NCBI GenBank assembly: GCA_973895155.1
Contig: OZ316897.1
Location: 19,354,168 to 19,418,167 of the forward strand
DNA length: 64,000 nucleotides
Direction: 5' to 3'
Origin: Marsupella aquatica
Taxonomy: Eukaryota > Plantae > Marchantiophyta
The notes below the pieces were generated by a model. The model worked only from the letters and a program-made list of their open reading frames with translations, ran no database searches and was not told where the DNA came from. This document shows, piece after piece, positions 54,368 to 64,000 of this stretch (positions within the stretch are counted from its first letter, which is position 1; every line of letters starts with the position of its first letter). The position numbers and the translations under genes are program-made.

Positions 54368-54449
54368 ACGGGGTGATAGTTAATCGAGCTGCAAGGGACG
54401 ATAGGTAACAAGGAATGATAGTCCCATGCAGCTCGATTAACTTCACCGT
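54368..54449. ncRNA. Candidate MIRNA-like hairpin
   Basis: GTTAATCGAGCTGCAAGGGAC (54379-54399) pairs with GTCCCATGCAGCTCGATTAAC (54421-54441) at 20/21 positions, with a 21-nt loop and a bulged basal extension. It lies in apparently unique non-coding DNA. Confidence 0.4.
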
Positions 54450-56073
54450 CCGTCATTTACATGATGCCATGTCATTGATTCCGCTGTTCAGATTTACATG
54501 ACTCGTCAATGAAGCAGTTTCTCGGGCACTAGTACATATTTTGGCCCTGAAAAGTCATATCATTCACTAAGGTGAAGAGCAGAGGCTCGGCATAACATTG
54601 GTCAGCACTTTAACTGTTCCCTCAGTGAGTACATGGACTTAACAAGGCTCCGCAATCTTATTTTTGGAAGATTTCAATCGGGATCCAGCACTCGATCACA
54701 ATTCCCTTCAGCATGTTTATGCGCAGCTTCTTTTAGCATTTCGCGTGACAGCTGCGTAATAAATTGATATGAACTTTTGCGTCTTTGTCGAACGGTGCAC
54801 ATTATTGCAACTCAAATCTGTTTTGGATTGCTGGAAACATATTGGCTAGACTTTCTGGACTTAATTATTAACAACTTGCAATTCATCTCGGTCCCTGGTC
54901 TGGCACTAAAACAGCCACAACCTGCAAGAAAAGCGAGGGTCGATTCACGAGTGATGGAGAAGCGTTTTACAAGACCAATCATGAATCAAGTAAATTAAGA
55001 AATTAAACTACACCCGTGAATGAAGCCCAAGTTTAAAATCTACACGATAGAGAGTTTGGAGAAATCTACACAATCAGAGGGTGTACATCGAGTCTCTTCA
55101 CTAGAAGATTTGTAACCAGTCTGTGAGGAGAAGCAACAATGCTCGGTGTGCACATTTCTGGTTGATAGAATTTGTAGTGGATAACAGTGAGTTTTCCGGA
55201 TCCAATTGATGCATAACAGCAAAGTTTGCCTGGATATCTGTCTCGATTCGCTCTCAAGTAATTCAAGGTGCCTGCGTTACAATTACTGAGTATAAGCCAG
55301 TCAATCCGACCAAGAGAAGTTTGCTTTGTCCATGACTACATTGGAGGCAAGGTAATGTCGAATCCGCAAAGTCTGGGAGGAAAGTCGGAGACCCGTTCAA
55401 CTGTCTGGGAAGAATCAGTCCAACAAGAAGTCAGACCCAAGTAACTGGGTTTGTTTCATCTATGTCCGTCCACGTAAGGAACGCTGTTCTCTTTTCGATT
55501 CAATTACGTGGCGGGTCAGCTATCGCAGTAACTTGCTTGCAGCAGAACTACGAACTATTCCCTCCTCGTAGTGAACCCATCCAGGGCTTTCGTTCAAGCA
55601 ATTATTGATTATGGAGGCCGTGGGAGGTCCCGATCATGGGTCCTTTGAAAGTAAGTTTGGACCATGTTAAATCCATGCATGGTTTCACCGACAGAGGGGG
55701 CTGGGCAAGTCTTGTACTCGTGCAGAGCTAGACCGGGGCCGCAGAGAACCCATTTGCATGAGACAACTTGCTGTAGACGTATCCCAAGTCTTCGTCTGGG
55801 TTAAACTACAGCGTGAAGTAGAGCAAGTAGCTAGTACACAACAACCAGACACACGGTAGGTACTAGGTAGATTGCACGAATAGCATCAGGTACCTATTGG
55901 CTCAGATTTTAGACGCTTTGTCTCTTGTGAGATGCAACATCGATCAATGTGAACTCAGAATTTTGAGCAATCTGAAAATCAGCATCTGGCATGGGCACTG
56001 TCGGAAGGAATTAAGGACCAAATTAATAGACCAACTGCTCCCATAATCAGGCAGACTTCTAAGGCATAATTAA

Positions 56074-56206
56074 ATGGAACTTTAGATTAATAAATAAGGA
56101 GTAGAGACAAAGTTAGCATGGCATGTGTCATGTTAGGCATAGTTATATGGAATTCTAGATTAATCATTAAGGAGTAGAGACAAAGTTAGCATGGCATCTG
56201 TCATGT
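56074..56206. repeat. 73-bp tandem duplication
   Basis: TAGATTAAT..TAAGGAGTAGAGACAAAGTTAGCATGGCAT(G/C)TGTCATGT occurs twice. Confidence 0.85.
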
Positions 56207-56519
56207 AGCATTGACACACTGACTGGCCTAGTCAAGGGGCCTAATCAGTGTGTGAGCAGAGTTAAAGCGGTCTACCAAGACCCACAAAACAAGCCTTCTT
56301 TGCATGAGATCTAACTCTATAACATCCCGCCATTATTGGGTTTTGTGTTCTTAAAAACTTAAAAAAGACTGGATCTGATCGTGGTGATAGTCCATTTAAA
56401 AGATTACTTTTATTCACCCTTAGGTGCAAGCAACATTATCACATTGCCCCTCTTATTTGACAGTAATTGGTATGGCAGAGGCTAACGTACAGTGTACATG
56501 CACAAAGACAAAAGACTTA

Positions 56520-56940
56520 AATACACCTTCAATAAGGACAAATGTACTTGAAAGTATTGAGACATGTTAAAAAAGTGGGGAAAAGAAAAGAATGGGAGAA
56601 AGGGGGATAATGTAGTATTTTTATCCCCCCAAAATATTTTTTAAAATATATATATTTATATTTGTATATATATTGTGCCAAAATAATAAGTATTTCACAC
56701 ATTGAAAGGAGAGGCTTCAGCTTGCCCTTTCCCTTTGCGGGTAAGGGTGGAAAAAATGTCAAGTTTATTTTTTCATCTCAAAATCTTTTGCTCTATTTTT
56801 TTTCAATTTTTTTTTCTTTGCACACTTTTCTCTCTTCAACATATTTTGCTCACTTCAATATCTTTTATCACCTGGACATCTTTTATCACCTCGACATCTT
56901 TAGTGCAACAGAGGTACATTGGGCTAGTTTTCTCATAACA
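56520..56940 (-). repeat. Dispersed purine-array repeat family (copy 2, inverted, short)
   Basis: The reverse complement matches 32598-32660 and 33160-33270. Confidence 0.65.
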
Positions 56941-57458
56941 TTCTTTGAAGACATGTGTGCTATCATCCCAACACAAACTAAGGGTCAAATTTTGAGGGGT
57001 TATTATTGCCCTGCTAACAAGGATTTAAAACACTATTATCCTTCAACTATTTTTCACTCTTGGTGTTTTCTTTTAATTCTGTTTCTCCTCTCTTCACACT
57101 ACAAACCCAGATTTCATGCTAATTTATTTGACTTGTGTCTTTTCTTTACATCTGAAATTATTATCCAAATTTCATTATTATCCAAATTTCATGCAAGAGC
57201 CAAATTTCATGCAAGAGACAATTAGAAGACAAATCTCAAACTCTTGCATTGCTAGCTTGGGATGCGCGTTCTGTTCCATGAAGTACAGAAATATAGAAAA
57301 AAATCTTGAATGTCTCTCATGAACGTTCTGAATTTAAATAATCAGCTTGAAATTTGTAACTTTTTATGACTGTGGACCAGGTCTGAGCTGAGTCAACACC
57401 AGTCTGAATGTCGGTTGGAGCCACCCAGACAACTCCTTCCCGCTTCGATGGAGTCATT

Positions 57459-57474
57459 CCAATCACCTATATAA
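57459..57474 (+). promoter_or_regulatory. CCAAT plus TATA box upstream of the secreted-protein gene
   Basis: CCAATCACCTATATAA about 205 bp upstream of ATG 57678. Confidence 0.5.
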
Positions 57475-57677
57475 TAAAGTGAGCTCAGAGTTAGCATTCA
57501 CTCTCAGTGACGTGCACCACTCTTGAGACTTTCAAACTGTATCTCAATTCACAGCATTTCATCATCAAATCATCTCTTGATCATTTGCGTAGTCACGTAC
57601 TTCGACAATCTTTTCTTAGGTACTTTTCCCATCTGCTGTCTTTCATCTCTTCACATCGCTCGCCAACGTACATCAAA

Positions 57678-58238
57678 ATGAATTTCTCATCAGCATTCGT
57701 CCTGGTGGTCATCTGCTTCATCGGCATCTCGACCCGCGTCCCTCAGGCTCTCGGCGACTACTCTGATCATGAGCAGCCCCGCATTTGCCCGCATCTCAAA
57801 GTTGCCGACTATGGCTGTATCCGCTATGTCAGGGGCTTCGACATCACCGGCGTCGTCACCGAAGTAGACATCACCTTCCCCACCGTGCAGAGCGTATGCG
57901 ACTGCATCCAGCAATGCCTCAACTGCCCCACCACCTGCGCATCGTGGGTCTACAAGTTCTCGACCCCCGCCTCGGTTCAGTCTGGCCACCGCACCTGCAC
58001 CCTATACAGCCAGTTCAATCTCCCGTCCCAGGTCCAGATCGAGATCGACCTCGACGACGTCGACAGCAACTTGAACAAAAATATCAATGCGGCGACGCTT
58101 GTGGCCAATGGCAATAATCCCCAGGCGGGCGCTCCTGTGCCGCAGACCTTCAAGGATGCGAATCTGAACACTGTGGCTGATAATGATGCTGTCTCGGGCC
58201 CGGTCTGGCAGCTCGCTAATGGCAAGGTTCTCTGCTGA
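57678..58238 (+). CDS. Intronless secreted cysteine-rich protein, 186 aa, PAN/apple-like Cys spacing, unknown function
   Basis: AAAATG start context and a hydrophobic signal peptide MNFSSAFVLVVICFIGIS. Pattern CDCIQQCLNCPTTCASWVY...CTLY with a terminal Cys. Strong C-ending codon bias indicates a real coding sequence. Confidence 0.85.
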   Translation: MNFSSAFVLVVICFIGISTRVPQALGDYSDHEQPRICPHLKVADYGCIRYVRGFDITGVVTEVDITFPTVQSVCDCIQQCLNCPTTCASWVYKFSTPASVQSGHRTCTLYSQFNLPSQVQIEIDLDDVDSNLNKNINAATLVANGNNPQAGAPVPQTFKDANLNTVADNDAVSGPVWQLANGKVLC

Positions 58239-58802
58239 GCGTAGTATCCAGCCTTTCGATCTTGGGGATACAGAGATCTCCAAGGCGGCCAAATAAGATG
58301 GGATGGGAGACGGTGATCATTTCAAGTTATACATCGCAATATATATTTAGTCTGGTTTGGATTTGTGTTCCACGTTCTTCCTATTATAAGTTGGACGTTC
58401 GCTATCAGCGCCGATTGTGTGTTAACCTTTTCAGGTCTGTGTGGCCTTAACCGAGGACTTATATAATAGAGCTGTGAGCAATTTGTAACACGAGTTTTGC
58501 GTTCCGATTGTGGAGCTGCAATTTTAAATAAAGGCGTCACTCTGTGCTTAAGGCTCATCGGAACCTGTCAAAAGCTTTCGTTTTCAGGAAGTCCAGCTTT
58601 ATAATTTCAACATAAAGAACGATTGCCACGCATGCCATGCTCGAAATATAGAGAGACGAACAGTACGTGAGAAATTCAAAAAGTTGATGAGCGAAGAGTG
58701 TAATTTCTTTGAAGACACCCGGCAATTCACTCTGAACCCTATCTTCCTTTCTCCTGTGCTTGGACAAACTCGGCAATGGTCCAGGACACTAAGTACGTTG
58801 TT

Positions 58803-58903
58803 AACGTTTTGATAGCTAGGATCATGTGGGACCAAGGAACCGAGAAAGGCGTTAAACGTTTTGATAGCTAGGATCATGTGGGACCAAGGAACCGAGAAGG
58901 CGT
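58803..58903. repeat. 52-bp tandem duplication
   Basis: AACGTTTTGATAGCTAGGATCATGTGGGACCAAGGAACCGAGAA at 58803 and 58855. Confidence 0.92.
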
Positions 58904-60071
58904 ACTTATCAGCTCCAATGTCGATCGTTGAAGCCCGTTTTTAAGTTCGGCGTGCACGTGAATTAACAATCCGGCTCCTTTCTATCTTCTTAGTTGACCC
59001 TCGTTGGGACATTCTATGAGCTCAAATGGTCTCATTTTCCTTCCAATCGTTCGAGTAATTGATTATGAATGACAAAGCTCGGATTGACTCGGTGGATGCA
59101 GTTCAGAGGCTGAAAATAGGAGACTTGAATGGATTTGACCTGATGTGAAACCTTCGGACTCCGTATATTGGCCGATAAAGTGACACTGTGCCAGCATTAC
59201 ATGACGAGCCTTCATCATCTAGCTCGGAGACATGGTGGATGGCCAAGATCGCTGCCTCTGGCTGAGCAGCATCAGCAGAACAGTCTGCCGTTCAAGTAGA
59301 AGAACGCAATATCAAGTGATACGGCTACGAATAACGACAGGAGGAGGATTTCGGATGCTGCTGCTGAGTGCTCGACTGTCGTTAAGAATAAAGCGCTACA
59401 AACTTTCGGTGACGAAGGATAAGTGACGTGATCGTATCGCAGCACAGTCAGCAATGCTGTACAGAAACACTGGTCATTTACTCGAGCAAATTTCTGTAGG
59501 CTCGCAGATTCCCGTGCACTAAGAGTCCAATTCCGCAAGTACTGTATGTAGATCATGACTTCCACTGCAGCTCCTCTGGACCATATCTCTGAGGTAAGGC
59601 AAACTGCATGCCTGAGTCTCATTATTGCGCCATTGCTAGTTTCGACACTTTTTCACAGCCGTGGGATGGGACAGACACTTCAAAACATGAGCTCTGCACT
59701 GGCTGCCTGTGTACATGGTCCCTCCTCTGCTTTGGATCAATTTGTCCCGCTGTCTGAAACTGCTAGGTCACTTTCATTGGCCTCGGAAACCTCTACTCTA
59801 CAATGAGTAGAAGAACCTCTAGCTGCAGGCTGAGGGGCATTACTCGGAAAAGGTTCTGGCAGCTTTCAGAAGCTTTTTTTCTAATCCAGTATGTCACGGT
59901 AACTTGAGCTTCTTTTCAAGTTTTGGAGCTATAGGTTCTATAATTTCTTTTCCACTCGCCACCGAAGACTAGCAGGCGAGTTGATGGTATAGAGTGATGC
60001 GTGGGAAGGTGCGTGAGCAAACTGTGAATCCTATAGAAGAACGTTAGTCAGGGCGTCGTGCATCTGTCGGA

Positions 60072-60073
<2 letters not shown>

Positions 60074-60146
<73 letters not shown>
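60074..60146. repeat. (GA)n microsatellite, ~36 units
   Basis: Uninterrupted AG run. Confidence 0.99.
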
Positions 60147-60150
<4 letters not shown>

Positions 60151-62479
60151 TTGGTGCAGTTGTCGCTTTGTCGACGTACTTAATCAACATTCAGCTGTTA
60201 CCATGAAGGAGCACTAAGACTGTGTCAGTGAGGGATGTCGAAGACTACAGATACATAATAATGAGTTTCGGAGAAGTTTTACCTTCATAAAAATGCACAT
60301 TATTATGTGCTGTTATCGTGAAGTTTCTAAACACCTACTGTAAAATTTGAACGTTTTTGATGAGCAAATTTCCGCTTCAATTTCTCCCTTGATATGAGAC
60401 ACAACTGGCTGCTCCTGCCTTAGTTAGAAGCCAGTTGTAAAGATCTTTCATGCTAATTTAATATGGCAAACTCTCATTATGAATTGAGAGAGCTAGCTAT
60501 GGATTCAAAGATTACTTGTCGCCTCGCTGCACATTCTTCGACCCTTTTCCAAAAATGTTTTGTTTCTCCCTTGATATGCAGCGGAAATGGCTCTTGTTTG
60601 CCTTGTTAAAAGCTACTTAGAAAAATCTTTACAACGAATCTAATATGTCCAGGTTTTATTGAGAATTCAATGAGCTACGAATTTCCACAACTAATCTAAT
60701 ATGTCGTTTCATGTAGGCTGTTTGGGATATCACCTGTCAAGAAATTACCTTCTAAGAAATCACTGAATCCTCGAGCTTTGACTCCATTTCTTGAAGGACT
60801 CGTACAGGACTGTGCTCTGCGATTCTCGCTCCTCTCAGTCCTCACATCGTTTTTAACAGATGAAGGGGAATCAGGAATGACCGTAGCAGCGGCCATGTTG
60901 CCAATAACTGAACTTGCTTCTTTAGCTTGAAAGGAATTGTGCAAAATGTCAGTGATGCTTGGAATGCAAAGTCTTTAGCTCTGTCCCGTTGAAAATAAGA
61001 ACACACTGGGCCACAAGAACAAGACTCGCAATGTCTGTTCAATTGGGCCACAAGAACAAGATTTGCAATGTTTGTTCAAACAGTGCCGAAGAACCCGGCC
61101 ACAATACGTGAATGTCGCATAGAGTAAATGTCAACTTTGATGGAGTGAAAAAACTTATCAGATGTTAAGTTCCATGCTTTTTGGCACTTAACTTTCTGGT
61201 TCAGTACTCACCCAACACCCGAGTCTAACTAACAATGGTTAATGACTTTAACTATCAATTTTAACTACTCCTGCCAATTGACCCTAAACCCTGCGCCAGT
61301 TATCGTTTCCTTTTAACAGGATCAGTTAAAAACTTGATGATAGGTGGGAACCCAGCCTAATCTCGCCATAGTCAAAGCTAAATGTGTGTACCTAGGAGAG
61401 TTGTGCACAATGTCCTGGGTTTAAAAATAAATAAATTTGAGGGGAAATATGTGAAGCCTCACATAAAGGGAGGAGTCAGTCACAATAGTTGAACCCAAGA
61501 CCTATCAATCTCTATTCAAGTGAGCTACCACAAAGTCATGCCTCTTTGGGCTGTCCTGTGGTTTTTTCTAGACATGCAATGCCTAATAAAGTGTATCACA
61601 TAGAATTGCATATATATTACATGTTTGATAGCCCAAATGAATGCTAGTGCATTTAATGAGGCCACATCATTGTTGGTGCAGACCATGTACCAGTGCATTG
61701 CACAAAAATGTTGACATGAGATGAATTGCAGTGGGGACTGTCTATTGTTGTTGGGACTATGCAATTGTTGTGATCATTAGTTGTGAGTTGCAGTGAATGT
61801 CAAGGTGAGGTAAAACAATTCAAGTGAGATAAACTAAGATTCAAGTGTTGTTATTATGACTGGGGCATTGGGTCATCTGTTTAGCATTCATGTTCCTACT
61901 GAGGTGCAAAGGTCTGATCATTTGGACTAGGTAATTGTTTTTGTGAAAATGTTATCATGTTGGTCAGTGTTGTTGTGGAGTGTTGATGTTGTTGGGAAGG
62001 GTAAGAGTGAGGGTGGGGGGATGCAAGACGGGTGATGGTGACCACAACGTCAAAGACTCCAGGAGTTTTTAATTTGTTAATTTTCTATGTATACATGTAT
62101 TTTTATATTCAAGTATATATGTTTTACATATATTCAAAGTTTTTCCTTCTAATTGTTCAATTATTATTTTAAAACTAAAATTTGATTTGATTTACTTTGC
62201 TTTTGTTTTCTCATGGGCAGGTGCGGGCAGGTGCAGGGCAGGTTGCACACAACGTTGCATAATATTCTATTTATATTTATTTTCCAATTTCTTTAATTTA
62301 AATTTAAATAAATTCAATATAAATAAATTCAATATAAATAAATTTAGTTATTTTTTGAGGCAAGCTAAAGGGAACCTTGGGCAGGAATTTATTTTAAATG
62401 GTAGTCATGGGCATCAAGGGCAGCCGTAACAGCCGGGGTCAGGAGGGCAGCCGTACCCAGGAAGGAAGGGCAGTAATGG

Positions 62480-62885
62480 GCTAGGCAGGACATGCATAGG
62501 CTCTGGAGAGAGGCTCTTTTCCCAATCCAACAATGTGAAAAAAATGGCTAGGCAGGGCATGCAAGGGCTCCAGAGAGGAGGCTCTTTTCCCAATCCAACA
62601 ATGTGAGAAAATGGACGGAAGGGCCTCTTTTCCCAATCCAACAGTGTGAAAAAAATTGCTAGGCAGGGCATGCAAGGGCTCCAGGGAGGAGGCTCTTTTC
62701 CCAATCCAACAGTGTGAGAAAATGGAGGGAACGGCAACAGCGGGCTAGGCATGGAATGCAAGGGTTCTGTAGAGAGGCTCTTTTCCCAATCCAACAACGT
62801 TAAAAAAAAATAACTAGGCAGGGCATGCAAGGGTTCAAGAGAGAGGCTTTTTTTCCCAATCCAACAGTGTGAAAAAAATGGACAG
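62480..62885. repeat. Degenerate tandem repeat (~65-110-bp variants)
   Basis: CTAGGCAGGGCATGCAAGGG..AGAGGCTCTTTTCCCAATCCAACA(A/G)TGTGA repeated 5-6 times. Confidence 0.9.
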
Positions 62886-63639
62886 GGTGTGGGTGGATCT
62901 GATGATGCCAAAATATCAGGTTAATATATGAAGGGCCAGGATTGCATCTCACCATAATTAAAATTTTCCCATTTTGTGACCCTTGAGCAATCTATTAACC
63001 AGTGACAACTTTGTCCTTCTATCAGGTTCCCGCTTCACCAAGTACCCATTGCATCCTGTAGTTTTCTTATCGACATCCTTATATGCACAGTCAGCCGAGT
63101 TAGATAAGTTTTGAAACACACTCCTTTCCTTATTTTCACTGCAATTATGACTGCATGTATGTATGTTCTACAAGTTATTGATGACAAAATCCAGCAGGGT
63201 TTGAAATACCCCCCCAGCTATGTTCCAATACTCTCCCATGGAAGTTGTAAACCTTACTCCTCATTGTGGACAAAATTCTGGGATTTGTATCATTTACTGA
63301 TCTCCAAATGTTGAGAGAACTTTGATCACTCATGGTCTTACAAGGATAGGTTTGCAACATCACCTCATTTTTACTACTTACTAGTTCAATATAGTCCCAA
63401 TGTGGAACAAGATCCTATTGTCAATGGAAGGGGAGAGGCAGGGGAAGTTGAGAGGGTTTGAAGGAGACTTAAGCAGCAAGTTTGATTCACATGGAGGACT
63501 GTTAATGGACAAGATGGACTGCTAGTAAGAAAAATTTTTGACAAAGAAAATTGTTGCATGACAAAAAGTGTTTTACACTTAGTCAAGGGAGAGACTTTAG
63601 AGTTTCATATGCCACTTGCCCAATGCCTAATTACGGATC

Positions 63640-64000
63640 CCACAAAAGATGTTGAGGTGAGGAAAAGATATCGAGGTGAAAAAAGATATCAATGAGAGAA
63701 AAAGATGTCGAGGTGAGAAAAAATGTAAAGATGAGAAAAAGATGTTGAGGAGAGAAAGGATGTCGTGGTGAGATAAAGATGTTAAGGTGAGAAAAACATG
63801 ACAAGATGAGAAAACAAAGATGTTGAGATGAGAAATGATGTTAAGGTGAAGAAAGCATATCAAGGTGAGAAAAGATCTTGAGGAGAGAAAAAGGTGTCAA
63901 AGAACAAAAAAGATGTCAAGTGAGAAAAACATGTTGTGGTGAGGTAAAGATATCAATGTGAGAAAAATATGTCAAGGTAAGGAAAAGATGTTGAGGAAAG
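63640..64000 (+). repeat. Dispersed purine-array repeat family (copy 3, runs off the window)
   Basis: CACAAAAGATGTTGAGGTGAGGAAAAGAT..., as at 32621. Confidence 0.8.

Noticed and set aside
57507-57677. N-terminal extension of the 243-aa ORF
   Set aside because: It uses a GTG start in UTR-like sequence. ATG 57678 has good context and is followed directly by a signal peptide.
62414-62911. 165-aa repetitive ORF
   Set aside because: It is a translation of a tandem DNA repeat with no protein-like features.

Overview
Eukaryotic, intron-rich land-plant DNA. A bryophyte or other seed-free plant is my inference from gene content and CpG-rich gene bodies. Host genes: a malectin-like/LRR receptor-like protein (RLP4-like, minus, 23773-29198) with two duplicated alternative last exons; an ArfGAP-C2 gene (AGD11/12/13-like, plus, 37523-41779); tRNA pseudouridine synthase PUS10 (minus, 42723-48888); and an intronless Cys-rich secreted protein (57678-58238) that looks foreign, possibly fungal. 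The first ~22 kb is nested transposon DNA. The standout is a decayed but fully readable Ty3/Gypsy polyprotein (minus, 17305-9899, ~2,460 codons after repairing 5 stops and 3 frameshifts). Its domain order is Gag/2 zinc knuckles - protease - DNMT3-like C5 cytosine methyltransferase - RT - RNase H - integrase - PHD finger, so the element encodes both a DNA-methylation writer and a histone reader. Its coding body is strongly CpG-depleted while its leader is CpG-rich. I could not find a matching LTR pair. Also present: a Mutator-like element carrying an RPA-like fragment inserted in a Copia relic, hAT-type MITEs, a foldback element, a miRNA-like hairpin and several tandem repeats. All assignments come from manual motif reading; no database search was run.
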